A stretch of DNA of 63,045 nucleotides, counting the filler, from a bacterium (GTDB lineage Bacteria > JACRDZ01 > JAQUKH01): assembly GCA_028719205.1 (NCBI GenBank). It is 6 parts of 6 records of this genome, joined end to end, with 100 filler letters (N's around TTAATTAATTAA, not from the genome) between each part and the next. Parts side by side here need not be neighbours in the genome. Positions count along the whole stretch, not along the records: positions 1 to 13,125 come from JAQUKH010000049.1; positions 13,226 to 25,859 come from JAQUKH010000050.1; 4 more parts are not named here. One strand, 5' to 3'. Below the pieces are notes generated by a model, which worked only from the letters and a program-made list of their open reading frames with translations, was not told where the DNA came from and did no database searches. Numbering within the stretch: position 1 is the stretch's first letter; each line of letters starts with the position of its first letter. Of the stretch, positions 10,596 to 20,275 are shown one piece after another. The position numbers and the translations under genes were made by a program.

Positions 10596-10942
10596 TAGAA
10601 TTGCCTGGTTAAAGTTAACACATCCTTGTTAGGAGTTTCCTTCTTGAGCCAAAACGTCGATTTATCCTTGCTGTTTAAATTAAGATAATCTTTACCTGAT
10701 AATCTCGATAGTATTGCCGAAACGCCGATACCAAGATAATATGCCAGGAAGATGAGCGATGAATTAAACAAGGCCTGGATAAAAAAAACTACCAATCCCA
10801 GGGTCTGCAACAAAGGATTGACCGCACATGACAAAAAAATCACGAACACTTCTCTTGCCCTTCTTGGAATGAATAAAATAAAATGGAGGATAATAAAAAG
10901 ATAAAATATCTTTAATTTCTTCCTAAAGCCAGCTTCTGTCAT
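10595..10942 (-). CDS. SxtJ-family membrane protein
   Basis: Small TM protein ending 'GKDYLNL...STFWLKKE...LTRQF', typical of SxtJ-like proteins; abuts the carbamoyltransferase. Confidence 0.75.
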   Translation of the reverse strand: MTEAGFRKKLKIFYLFIILHFILFIPRRAREVFVIFLSCAVNPLLQTLGLVVFFIQALFNSSLIFLAYYLGIGVSAILSRLSGKDYLNLNSKDKSTFWLKKETPNKDVLTLTRQF

Positions 10943-11633
10943 TTTCTTTTTTCTTGCTTAACGCTTCTCTTATAAACGGGATCTTTTTCTCAAAGAAAAT
11001 CCTGGAATCCCGCACATACCTATCCCAACCATTCCGTAAAACATAGTAGTCAACAAATATTTTAAACAACCTCTGCTGTGTGCATACGACCTGTATATCT
11101 TCTTTAGTGCCACGGATTATTTTCTTTGGAACAACGCCTAAACGGAAAAGATAATGTTCCGCCTTGTCTCCGATATTAAACACGGGAGTGAAATAATTTA
11201 TATTGAAATCGGAATAAAGGTTGCGTATGCTGCCTAACATTATCTCCTCGTTTTGATCCGGGTATTGTATCATAGACTTCTCGGAACCGTCGCAAACTTC
11301 GCTGATGCCACTTCTCAAGCAATATTCTATAGCTCTCCAATGCATGGCCAATTTACATAACCCACATACAGACAAAGACATAATATTAAACCGGCGCAGG
11401 CTAAACAAGGTATTATAATAATCATCTACCGGCAAAACCAGCGATCCAAATTTTACCCGCGGGAACCTGTTCTTCAACGCTTCCAGCCTGCTGTTTACTT
11501 GTCGAGCGCCAAAAATGCCGAAACGCCGCAATGTCAGGCATATGATGTTTTTGTACCTGGGAGCGCATAGCGCAACGGCTAGGGATGAATGGACTCCGCC
11601 AGAGAATAAAACTACCAGCCGATCGTTTTTCAT
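10923..11633 (-). CDS. Adenine nucleotide alpha-hydrolase (PP-loop) superfamily protein
   Basis: VVLFSGGVHSSLA (SGGxDS with D replaced by H) and a CGLCK motif. Confidence 0.7.
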   Translation of the reverse strand: MKNDRLVVLFSGGVHSSLAVALCAPRYKNIICLTLRRFGIFGARQVNSRLEALKNRFPRVKFGSLVLPVDDYYNTLFSLRRFNIMSLSVCGLCKLAMHWRAIEYCLRSGISEVCDGSEKSMIQYPDQNEEIMLGSIRNLYSDFNINYFTPVFNIGDKAEHYLFRLGVVPKKIIRGTKEDIQVVCTQQRLFKIFVDYYVLRNGWDRYVRDSRIFFEKKIPFIREALSKKKENDRSWL

Positions 11634-11642
11634 ATTCACAAC

Positions 11643-13052
11643 TTAAAAGATAAGATTCCCCCCTAACTCCATAATTAATCTCAAGAGATTGCTGCCGAAG
11701 ACATTATCGAGAGAATCGATGAACATGTCTATTTCTTCCTTTGTGATAATCAACGAAGGGTTAATGAATAAGTTATCCTCTCTGCCGCCGGTATAAATAA
11801 GGATATTGTGGCGTTTAAATAATTCTGAGACGATGGCCGCGGGAATTAAACCTAATAGAAGATCGTTAAAATGGGGGATATTCTTTAATAACCTCTCTCC
11901 AAAGACTTCGCTTGTGCTGCGTAATTCAAAAATACATAGCAACCCTATGCCGCGCACATCCTTTATAAACCTAGGATATTTACTTTTGAGCTCTTTCATC
12001 CTTGCCAATAAATACTCCCCTTGCGCTCTGGCGTTGCCAATTAAATCTTCATCATTAATCACATTTAACGCTTCTATAGCAGTAGCGCATTCTTCACCCA
12101 ACCCCCCAAAAGTAGTAGTATGGACAGTACATCCTTTTAATGATCCATATGTTTTTTTAAAAATATGAGATTTAACTATGTAGCCAGCTATGGAAGCCTT
12201 GCCTCCCCCCAAAGATTTGGAAAATGTCACGATATCCGGGACAATTCCTTCATGTTCAAACCCAAACATTTTTCCGGTTCTTCCAAAACCGGTAAAGATC
12301 TCATCGGCGATCAGAATTATATCTTGCTCATTGCACAAAGCTTCAAGCTCCCGCAAATACCCATGCGGAGGCATAAGAACCAAATCGGCTTTTATTGGTT
12401 CTAAGATCATGCATGCAATATCTAAGCGCCCGGATTCCTTTCTTTTCCGTATCAACTCTTTTAAAACGCCGATATTTCCATAGGGCACTTCAAGACAACC
12501 ATCGAGCGATTTAAAAAGTTCTTTATACGGACGAGAGACCATTCCCGATACAGACATAGTTGCAAAAGTTTTACCGTGATAACCCAAGTCAGTATAAACG
12601 ATCTTATCCCGCTTAGGCCTATGGAATAATAAGGCTATCTTTAATGCTCCTTCATTTGCCTCTGCTCCACTGTTGCAAAAAAAAGAATACTGTAAGTCGC
12701 CGGGAAAAATCTCGGCTAAATTATTTGCCAAAACACTCTGATACTGCGGTATAAATGCCTTGCATATCTCCAATCTTTTATGATCATTAAAACGTTTCCT
12801 CGCCTCCATTATCCGGGGATGGTTATGCCCGTGGTTTAAAACGCTCATCCCCCCCGAAAAATCTAATATTTTTTTCCCGCATTCGGTATACAGATACATA
12901 CCTTCCGCTTTGACTATTTTATATTTATCAAAACCCAATATTTTTAAAAACGTAGCTATTCCGGAGTTTACATACTTTGAGTACATGGAAACAATTTCTT
13001 TTTGTGTGAAATCTTCAACTTCCGGTAACTGGATAAGGCTATATCTTTTCAT
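11643..13052 (-). CDS. Class-III PLP-dependent aminotransferase (putrescine/HpnO-like)
   Basis: GHNHP, NSGAEANEGALK, YHGKT, DEIFTGFGRTG, SKSLGGG, HTTTFGG. Confidence 0.93.
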   Translation of the reverse strand: MKRYSLIQLPEVEDFTQKEIVSMYSKYVNSGIATFLKILGFDKYKIVKAEGMYLYTECGKKILDFSGGMSVLNHGHNHPRIMEARKRFNDHKRLEICKAFIPQYQSVLANNLAEIFPGDLQYSFFCNSGAEANEGALKIALLFHRPKRDKIVYTDLGYHGKTFATMSVSGMVSRPYKELFKSLDGCLEVPYGNIGVLKELIRKRKESGRLDIACMILEPIKADLVLMPPHGYLRELEALCNEQDIILIADEIFTGFGRTGKMFGFEHEGIVPDIVTFSKSLGGGKASIAGYIVKSHIFKKTYGSLKGCTVHTTTFGGLGEECATAIEALNVINDEDLIGNARAQGEYLLARMKELKSKYPRFIKDVRGIGLLCIFELRSTSEVFGERLLKNIPHFNDLLLGLIPAAIVSELFKRHNILIYTGGREDNLFINPSLIITKEEIDMFIDSLDNVFGSNLLRLIMELGGNLIF

Positions 13053-13125
13053 TTAGCGGTTTGACAAATGGTTATTTCTCAACTCTTCTTTAAGCATAAG
13101 AGCCTCTGGATTGGCCGGATCCAGC
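13053..13125 (-). CDS. C-terminal fragment of an upstream gene, possibly a TPR end
   Basis: LDPANPEALMLKEELRNNHLSNR*, ending directly before the aminotransferase start; cut by the contig edge. Confidence 0.45.
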
Positions 13126-13225
13126 NNNNNNNNNNNNNNNNNNNNNNNNNNNNNNNNNNNNNNNNNNNNTTAATTAATTAANNNNNNNNNNNNNNNNNNN
13201 NNNNNNNNNNNNNNNNNNNNNNNNN
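13126..13225. other. Artificial contig-joining spacer
   Basis: N run with central TTAATTAATTAA. Confidence 0.98.
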
Positions 13226-13447
13226 TAAAACATCAACTAATTTTGTAGGAGAATCATTTACCAATATATTAACCTGAGTTACTGACGAGTCATGGATCAA
13301 ACCTACAATTCTCATCTCAGGAAATTCATATATAATATTTGTATTAGGAATCAGGATTTCAACATTAGAAGAAACTTCTGCATGACTATTTAAACCCGGA
13401 ATAAGCAAAAAAACACTAACCATCAGTGCAAAAAAAATTTTCCTCAT
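13226..13447 (-). CDS. Secreted protein, N-terminal part (truncated by contig end)
   Basis: Signal peptide MRKIFFALMVSVFLLIPGLNSHA; AAGGAG RBS; Ig-like beta-rich start. Confidence 0.7.
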
Positions 13448-13520
13448 TTTTCACTCCTTTTTTTGAAACATTTTAGTCAATTTTATTAATTAAAAATTAA
13501 ATTTATTATTTCGCAGACCG

Positions 13521-13614
13521 ATTATATATAAAAACATATCAAACTGTCAAGAAGAAAATCCTTAAGAAAATACAATATTTCTCCTTGACAAAATAAAAAT
13601 ACTAATGCTATAAT
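13521..13614. promoter_or_regulatory. Divergent sigma70 promoters
   Basis: Plus strand: TTGACA(13585)-18 bp-TATAAT(13609) with TGn. Minus strand: TTGACA(13550)-18 bp-TATAAT(13526). Confidence 0.7.
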
Positions 13615-13675
13615 CTCTTTTCAAAACTTACGAAAATAAAAATGTAATTTTGACAAGCAAGGGAGGGTATGCTTA

Positions 13676-14071
13676 ATGAGGAAATGGAAATTATTGCCGG
13701 TATTCTTTTTCGCGGTTCTTCTTGTAAGTTGTTCTATTACTAATCCCTTAAGCGAACTTAGTTGGGGAACAGCCACGGTTAAAGGAAGGGTTACAAGGTC
13801 TTTTACTATACCCGGAACGACCATTACTGCGGTTGAAGGAGTTCCCGGCGCGCTGATTAAAACTGATTCCGGTACTGAAAATGCTTTCACTAATGAAGAA
13901 GGTTACTATTCCCTGTTTCTGACCTTCCGTATCGGCAGCGCCGCTAAAGAAAAGAAAATAACTGTAGTTGCGTTTGACAAAGATAATGCGGGAAAAACTG
14001 CGAGCAGTCCTAGTATTGTTATTCGCGACGGGCTGGTAGTTGTTGCTCCACCGATCACTTGGGCAAAATAA
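13676..14071 (+). CDS. Lipoprotein with carboxypeptidase-regulatory-like (transthyretin-type) domain
   Basis: Lipobox LVSC; 'TVKGRVT...GVPGALI...TNEEGYYSL'. Confidence 0.7.
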   Translation: MRKWKLLPVFFFAVLLVSCSITNPLSELSWGTATVKGRVTRSFTIPGTTITAVEGVPGALIKTDSGTENAFTNEEGYYSLFLTFRIGSAAKEKKITVVAFDKDNAGKTASSPSIVIRDGLVVVAPPITWAK

Positions 14072-14105
14072 ATTAACTTTTATTAATAATAGAGGGGAAT
14101 TATAT

Positions 14106-14591
14106 ATGAAAAAAAATTTAACATCCTGTTTTAAAAAAGAAAATTTAGGACTTTTTATTATCATATCGGTTATGATTCTAGGTTTAGGCTGCGGTAAGGA
14201 TGATAAAAATGTTTCTTCTGTTCTTGCGCCTTCATATTATACATTTGGGACTTCAGACCCTAAATATCTAAATGCTATTCCCCGTAACGTAAGCGTAAGC
14301 AAATCCGGGGCTAATAATGCAATAACATGGGATGCGCCTGCTATGACAGCCGATATGTTAGCTCAATTAACAGGTTATCATGTTTATATGAACACAGTAG
14401 CGCCACAAGGGAATGCATATTATGTAAATGGCCCTTTTGACAGCAGCAGGAGCCGTTCTTCTGATACCGCGACTGATGGTTACACCTATACTTACACTGT
14501 GACAAGCGTATTCTACGTTTGGGACACTGCTTACGAATTTTACACTGAAATTGAAAGTTTGCCAAGTGAAGCAAAGGTAATAGCCAGATAA
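14106..14591 (+). CDS. Lipoprotein with fibronectin-III-like domain
   Basis: GAGGGG RBS, lipobox GLGC, 'PRNVSVS...ITWDAP...GYHVY...YTYTVTSV...ES.PS'. Confidence 0.7.
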   Translation: MKKNLTSCFKKENLGLFIIISVMILGLGCGKDDKNVSSVLAPSYYTFGTSDPKYLNAIPRNVSVSKSGANNAITWDAPAMTADMLAQLTGYHVYMNTVAPQGNAYYVNGPFDSSRSRSSDTATDGYTYTYTVTSVFYVWDTAYEFYTEIESLPSEAKVIAR

Positions 14592-15164
14592 CTATTTCTT
14601 AGCTTTTGGAGCCGGTAAGGAATTATCTAAAACAGCTCCGGTCATTGTTTGTTTCAGCTGTTCGATATTCTTTCTGGCAATTTCTTTAAAGTACGGGTCT
14701 TGTTCCAGTTCATAATTTTTCTCCCATTCAGCTAAAGTCGCCTTGTAGTCGCCTTTGTCGTGATAAACTACCCCAAGATTATAATGAGCTTTAGCATGTT
14801 TAGGATTTATTTCGATCCCTTTTTTAAACTCCCTTTCTGCAAGCTCCATCAGCCCCATCTGCTTATAAGCCGTTCCAAGATCCGTCCTGACATCTACATT
14901 TGTAGAATCAATAGCAAGCGCTTTTAAATAATTTTCGACCGCGTCCTTCCATCTGCCCATATCATAATTAACATTGCCAAGCGCGACCAAAATTTCTAAG
15001 TCTTTTGGATTTGTTGCCAATATCCTTTCATATTCATTTATCCTCTGCATAGCCATCTCTTGCTGATCCTGCAGCTTTTTATCAACACCTTTGTCCTTGT
15101 TTTGACAACCTGCCGCGGACATTAATAAGAAAGACAGCCCGATCGGTACGATTTTTTTCCTCAT
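14592..15164 (-). CDS. TPR-repeat lipoprotein
   Basis: Lipobox AAGC and three TPRs (LGNVNY, LGTAY, AHYNLGVVY). Confidence 0.9.
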   Translation of the reverse strand: MRKKIVPIGLSFLLMSAAGCQNKDKGVDKKLQDQQEMAMQRINEYERILATNPKDLEILVALGNVNYDMGRWKDAVENYLKALAIDSTNVDVRTDLGTAYKQMGLMELAEREFKKGIEINPKHAKAHYNLGVVYHDKGDYKATLAEWEKNYELEQDPYFKEIARKNIEQLKQTMTGAVLDNSLPAPKAKK

Positions 15165-15187
15165 TTGTTATCTCCTTCTTGTGATAT

Positions 15188-16480
15188 TTATGTTTTCTGT
15201 TTTATTATTTCAAATACCTCTTCCGCAGCGCGGACAGTCAGATCAATATCTTGTGTACTATGGGCGTTTGACAAAAATACCGCCTCATATTGAGACGGAG
15301 CCAGATAAATATTTCTTTTCAACATCTCCTGAAAAAACAATGAAAATTTATTTGTGTCTGACCTCTTTGCTTCCTCATAATTTGTAACTTTTCCGCTTGT
15401 AAAAAAAGCGCAAAACATTGAACCGACCCGTGTTGTATAAATATCGACACCCGCCCTTCCGGCCGCTTTTTCTATCCCTTTAGAAAGTTTACCGCCAAGC
15501 CTTTCCAGCTTTTTATAAATATTTTTGTTTGACAATATTTTTAGCATTTCAATACCGGCGGCCATAGCCAGTGGATTGCCTGACAAGGTTCCTGCCTGAT
15601 ATATCGGCCCGCTCGGCGAAACTTTTTCCATTATTTCTCTTTTCCCGCCATAAGCGCCTACCGGCAATCCGCCTCCAATAACCTTTCCCAATGTGGTCAT
15701 ATCAGGTTTAATACCGTATAATTCCTGCGCACCGCCATAACTTACCCGAAATCCCGTCATAACCTCGTCAAATATTAAAACTATGCCATACTCCTGAGTC
15801 AGTTTTCTCAGGCCTTCCAAAAATCCTTTTACGGGAGGGATAACACCCATATTCCCGGCTATAGGTTCCACGATCACACACGCAATTTCATGGCCTGATC
15901 TTCTGATCGTATCTTCAACCTCGCCTAAATTATTATACGTAAGATTGATAGTATATTTTGCCACATCCCCAGGAACTCCCGGGCTGTCGGGAACACCAAA
16001 AGTAGTAGCGCCTGAACCTGCCTTAACTAATAAACTATCCGCGTGGCCGTGATAACATCCCGCGAATTTTATGATCTTGTTGCGCCCTGTATACCCGCGG
16101 GCAACCCTTATCGCGCTCATAGTCGCTTCTGTTCCTGAATTTACCATACGGATCATTTCACACGATGGAACCGCGCTTGTAACCAATTTGGCAAGTTCAA
16201 TTTCATATGCGGTCGGCGCTCCAAAACTTGTCCCTTTTTTCATTGCTTCTTTAAGCGCTTTATTTATCTTAGCCGGCGCGTGCCCTAAAATTAAAGGCCC
16301 CCATGAAAGTACATAATCAATATATTCTTTCCCGTCAACATCATAAATTTTTGAACCTTTCCCGCGGTCTATAAAAAGAGGGTCGATCCCGACTGATTTA
16401 AACGCCCTGACCGGGCTGTTCACGCCGCCGGGGATATATTTCTTTGCTTCCTCAAATAATTTTTTTGAAATTTCTCCCAT
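15188..16480 (-). CDS. hemL: Glutamate-1-semialdehyde 2,1-aminomutase
   Basis: [52 protein letters not shown]. Confidence 0.98.
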   Translation of the reverse strand: MGEISKKLFEEAKKYIPGGVNSPVRAFKSVGIDPLFIDRGKGSKIYDVDGKEYIDYVLSWGPLILGHAPAKINKALKEAMKKGTSFGAPTAYEIELAKLVTSAVPSCEMIRMVNSGTEATMSAIRVARGYTGRNKIIKFAGCYHGHADSLLVKAGSGATTFGVPDSPGVPGDVAKYTINLTYNNLGEVEDTIRRSGHEIACVIVEPIAGNMGVIPPVKGFLEGLRKLTQEYGIVLIFDEVMTGFRVSYGGAQELYGIKPDMTTLGKVIGGGLPVGAYGGKREIMEKVSPSGPIYQAGTLSGNPLAMAAGIEMLKILSNKNIYKKLERLGGKLSKGIEKAAGRAGVDIYTTRVGSMFCAFFTSGKVTNYEEAKRSDTNKFSLFFQEMLKRNIYLAPSQYEAVFLSNAHSTQDIDLTVRAAEEVFEIIKQKT

Positions 16481-16498
16481 TTGTTTCTCCCATATATT

Positions 16499-17566
16499 TT
16501 ATTTTCTCTTTGGTTTATATATACAATACGGCTCTTCTCCCATATAATCGTTATCTTTGGCATACGCCCTTGCGCGGCACCCTCCGCAAAAAGAATTATA
16601 TTCGCAGATCCCGCATTTCCCTTTGAGCTTGGTCATATCTCTTAAATCTGTAAATAACTTGCTCTTTTGCCATATATCTGAAAAAGGTTCTTTTCTTATG
16701 TTCCCCGCTGTGACAGGTAAATACCCGCAAGGCTGAACATCCCCCTGAGAAGAGATAAAACAAAAACCTACACCGCCCAAACACCCTCTTGTCATTGCTT
16801 CAAAACCATGGGTCTGAACTGTTACCTGCTTCCCTTCTTCTTTAGCTCGCTCGCGCATGATCCTGAAATAATGCGGGGCGCAGGTGGCTTTCAAATTAAT
16901 ATTCAGCAGTTTGCTTTCTTTATAAAACCAGTTAAGTATATCCTCGTATTCCTGCGGCGTAATCTCGTCGCCCTCGATCTGTTTTCCCCTGCCTGTCGGG
17001 ACAAGAAGAAAAATATGCAGCGCGGCCGCGCCTAATTTCACCACAAGATCGGCTATCTTTTGGATTTCATCTTTATTCCGTTTTGTTATAGTTGTATTGA
17101 TCTGAAAAGACAAACCCGCTTTATTTAATTCTTCTATGCCTTTTAACGCTTCTTTAAAAGCCCCTTTCAAGCCCCGGAAAGAATCATGAGATTCCTCAGT
17201 CGAACCGTCTAAACTTATGCTGACCCTTTGAATACCAGAAGCTAATAATTTTTTTATGCGGTCAGAAGTGAACAATGTGCCGTTGGAAGCAAGGACCACT
17301 CTAAGCCCTTTTTCTGTCGCGTATTTGCTTATTTCACATATCTCGTCAAACCTCATAAGCGGCTCCCCTCCGCTTAAAATTATCACAGGCTTGGCAAAGG
17401 TCACAACATTATCAATAAGCTTTTTACCTTCAGCAAGGGTTATTTCATTTTTTGCCGGTGTAGTTGTAGCTGATGCCCTGCAATGCACGCATCCCAGATT
17501 ACAGGCCGACGTAAATTCCCACGCAATCAATCTAAGGTCACCGCTAAGTATTTTTTTACTTGTCAT
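16499..17566 (-). CDS. ahbD: Radical SAM/SPASM heme b synthase (Fe-coproporphyrin decarboxylase)
   Basis: LRLIAWEFTSACNLGCVHCRASA, LHIFLLVPTGRG, KATCAPHYFRI, C-terminal SPASM cysteines; start MTSKK with an AAGGA RBS; located in the hem operon. Confidence 0.88.
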   Translation of the reverse strand: MTSKKILSGDLRLIAWEFTSACNLGCVHCRASATTTPAKNEITLAEGKKLIDNVVTFAKPVIILSGGEPLMRFDEICEISKYATEKGLRVVLASNGTLFTSDRIKKLLASGIQRVSISLDGSTEESHDSFRGLKGAFKEALKGIEELNKAGLSFQINTTITKRNKDEIQKIADLVVKLGAAALHIFLLVPTGRGKQIEGDEITPQEYEDILNWFYKESKLLNINLKATCAPHYFRIMRERAKEEGKQVTVQTHGFEAMTRGCLGGVGFCFISSQGDVQPCGYLPVTAGNIRKEPFSDIWQKSKLFTDLRDMTKLKGKCGICEYNSFCGGCRARAYAKDNDYMGEEPYCIYKPKRK

Positions 17567-17622
17567 ATAATTCCTTTTAATAATTAATGTTATTAATTTA
17601 GTCCATGCTCCATGCGCTTTGC

Positions 17623-18630
17623 CTATGCCTCTTCCTTCAGCCATTTCGCCGCATCCTTAGCGTGATATGTAATAATTATATCCGCTCCCGCGCGCCGGAT
17701 GCTTGTTAAAATTTCTAAGGTTATACTTTTTTCATCGATCCAGCCCTTCATCGCGGCCGCTTTTACCATCGCATATTCACCGCTTACATTATACGCGGCA
17801 ACCGGCACATCAAAATCAGATTTTACTTTTTTAACAATATCGAGATATGAAAGAGCCGGCTTTACCATAATAATATCCGCGCCTTCATCCAGATCCTGCA
17901 TAACTTCTCTTAATGCCTCCTGGGCATTAGACGAATCCATCTGATAACTCCTCCGGTCCCCGAATTGCGGGGTTGAACCTGCGGCTTCACGAAACGGGCC
18001 ATAAAAAGCTGACGCGTATTTTACAGAATAAGACATGATCGGAATATTGCTTAAACCGCTATCATCAAGCGTTGATCTTATAGCGCCGATCCTTCCATCC
18101 ATCATATCAGACGGCGCCACCATATCCGCCCCCGCCTCCGCGTGGGACAAAGCTGTTTTTGCTATCAATTCCAAAGACGCATCATTATCCACTTCATAAA
18201 CTTGTGACTTGTGACTTGTCGCTTGTGACTTAATGAGTCCGCAATGCCCATGTGATGTATATTCACAAAGGCAAACATCAGTAATAACCATCATCTCCGG
18301 CACCTTCTTTTTTATTAAACGGACTGCTTCCTGAACAATTCCTTTATTATCGTAAGCGCCGCTTCCAATCTCATCTTTTTTATCAGGAATACCAAACAAT
18401 AATACCGCGGGTATCCCGATTTTTTTAAGGTCTTCGACCTCTCTTACCAGCATATCAAGTGAAAAATGGTATTGCCCCGGCAAAGTAGTGATCTCTTTCT
18501 TTATTTTATTACCTTCAACTACAAAAAGCGGGGAAATAAATTTATCAACCTGCAAATAAGTTTCTCTGACCATTTTCCTTAACTTTTCATTTTGTCTCGT
18601 TCTTCTTAATCTTGAAACTGGAAAATACAT
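17623..18630 (-). CDS. hemB: Porphobilinogen synthase (Zn-type)
   Basis: DVCLCEYTSHGHCG, APSDMMDGR, YASAFYGPFR, MVKPA, YNVSGEY. Confidence 0.98.
   Translation of the reverse strand: MYFPVSRLRRTRQNEKLRKMVRETYLQVDKFISPLFVVEGNKIKKEITTLPGQYHFSLDMLVREVEDLKKIGIPAVLLFGIPDKKDEIGSGAYDNKGIVQEAVRLIKKKVPEMMVITDVCLCEYTSHGHCGLIKSQATSHKSQVYEVDNDASLELIAKTALSHAEAGADMVAPSDMMDGRIGAIRSTLDDSGLSNIPIMSYSVKYASAFYGPFREAAGSTPQFGDRRSYQMDSSNAQEALREVMQDLDEGADIIMVKPALSYLDIVKKVKSDFDVPVAAYNVSGEYAMVKAAAMKGWIDEKSITLEILTSIRRAGADIIITYHAKDAAKWLKEEA
18201..18231. repeat. Heptamer tandem repeat (CTTGTGA, about 4.4 copies) inside hemB
   Basis: cttgtga cttgtga cttgtcg cttgtga ctt; encodes KSQATSHKSQ. Confidence 0.85.
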
Positions 18631-18642
18631 TTTGATTCCCTC

Positions 18643-20268
18643 CTAATTAAATCCGCCATGGCACTTTACGCATAATTCGCCTTTTGAAGTGATCAACATT
18701 GATTTATTTTGTGAACTATGCGATTCATGGCAGGTTAAGCAAATTATCCTGCCGTCTTTAGCTACCCTAAGCTCAGATGGGATCTTTACCTTGCTGCTTG
18801 GATAAAGGTCCTTATATGAATGCGGATGTTTTTCAATATCCGCCCCGTTATGACAGTTATCGTTCGAACAAACATACACTAAATTTTTTTTAAGATTATA
18901 TTTATAACCTGACCCGTGCGAACTATGACAAAGCTCACAAGGATTATTCTTCCCCAGGCCGGAATGTTTTTTATTGATCTGAATAGTATGACAAACATAA
19001 CAAAGCGCTTTTATATCCTCTATCAATCTAAATCCGTTTTTATCACTGATATGGCAGGAATTACATTTCCCCTGAATAACAGGCTTATGCCCGCGCAGTA
19101 ATTTCTTCTCATTTGAATAATGAGGATCATGGCAATCAATACATACTAATTTGTCTACCTGATATTTACCGTGTTTTGAGCTAAAAGGATCATTATCTGT
19201 CTTGTGACAATCCAGGCAAAGTTCATTTGATTTTTTTATAAGATTTAAACCCGGATCTTTTCCATGGCTCAAATGACACGTTGGACATTTCGTATAAACA
19301 GGATGCATACTGGCCACTTTACTGGTATCTTCTTTATGGCACATATTACAGGATCCGTATTGATAAATAACATCACTGAAGATCTGTATCCTGGTATTCT
19401 TTGAATCCGCCACAAAGAGCCTGTCATTTTTATCAATAAAAACTTTCATAGGTTCGGAAAATTCACCTCTCCCGTTTCCTTTCTTTCCAAACGCGAAGAT
19501 CAACTTCCCATCTTCATCAAAACATTGTATCCGGTTATTCCCGGTATCACTGACATAAATTCTTCCAAGACTATCAACCGCTATTCCCTGCGGATTCAAA
19601 AACGCGCCCAATTCATCTCCGGGTTTCCCAAACTTATTGATATAATCCCCGCGTGTATTAAATATCTGTACACGGTTATTTCCGGAATCAACCACATAAA
19701 TCTTTCCTTTTTCCGTAACAGCTATGGCTGTAGGGTTTCTGAATTCTCCATTAGCCATACCCTCACGGCCAAACTGTTTTAAAAAACTTCCCTTAATAAG
19801 CTGAATTTTACTGTTTCCTGTATCTAAAATATAAAGAATACCCGTTTTCCCAAAATCCAGGTCAAACGGCATATTAAATTTACCCTGCCCCTCTCCAAGG
19901 CCTCCAAATTGGCCTTTCCAGTTTCCCCTGGGAGTAAAAACCTGGACCATATGCTGTCCGATATCAGTCACGTAAATAATATTTTCGGTATCCGTATTTA
20001 TCGCCCAGGGAAGAATAAACTCTCCTCTGCCGGTTCCTTTTTTCCCGAAGCTGAAATATGGTTTCCCATTTTTATCGAACACATATATTTTTCCTTCAAG
20101 ATTTTCAGTAACGTAGATCCATCCATTTTTACCCACAACTATATCGCTTGGAATTGATGATTTATCCAATTCTATATAACTATAAATCTCCGCTCCGAAA
20201 GAAATCTCAGATCCGTACGAAAAAATCAAAACGGCGGAAAAAATTAAAAATAATTTAAAATATTTCAT
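18643..20268 (-). CDS. Secreted NHL-repeat beta-propeller fused to a multiheme (about 10 heme) cytochrome c
   Basis: Signal peptide, six NHL repeats (e.g. FLNPQGIAVDSLGRIYVSDTGNNRIQ), nine CxxCH motifs plus one CX4CH (CSNDNCH). Start reassigned to MKYFK. Confidence 0.9.
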   Translation of the reverse strand: MKYFKLFLIFSAVLIFSYGSEISFGAEIYSYIELDKSSIPSDIVVGKNGWIYVTENLEGKIYVFDKNGKPYFSFGKKGTGRGEFILPWAINTDTENIIYVTDIGQHMVQVFTPRGNWKGQFGGLGEGQGKFNMPFDLDFGKTGILYILDTGNSKIQLIKGSFLKQFGREGMANGEFRNPTAIAVTEKGKIYVVDSGNNRVQIFNTRGDYINKFGKPGDELGAFLNPQGIAVDSLGRIYVSDTGNNRIQCFDEDGKLIFAFGKKGNGRGEFSEPMKVFIDKNDRLFVADSKNTRIQIFSDVIYQYGSCNMCHKEDTSKVASMHPVYTKCPTCHLSHGKDPGLNLIKKSNELCLDCHKTDNDPFSSKHGKYQVDKLVCIDCHDPHYSNEKKLLRGHKPVIQGKCNSCHISDKNGFRLIEDIKALCYVCHTIQINKKHSGLGKNNPCELCHSSHGSGYKYNLKKNLVYVCSNDNCHNGADIEKHPHSYKDLYPSSKVKIPSELRVAKDGRIICLTCHESHSSQNKSMLITSKGELCVKCHGGFN

Positions 20269-20275
20269 GATCCCG

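Noticed and set aside
8726-10942. Saxitoxin biosynthesis (sxtIJK)
   Set aside because: No sxtA/sxtG/sxtB-like genes; the triad is widespread outside toxin clusters.
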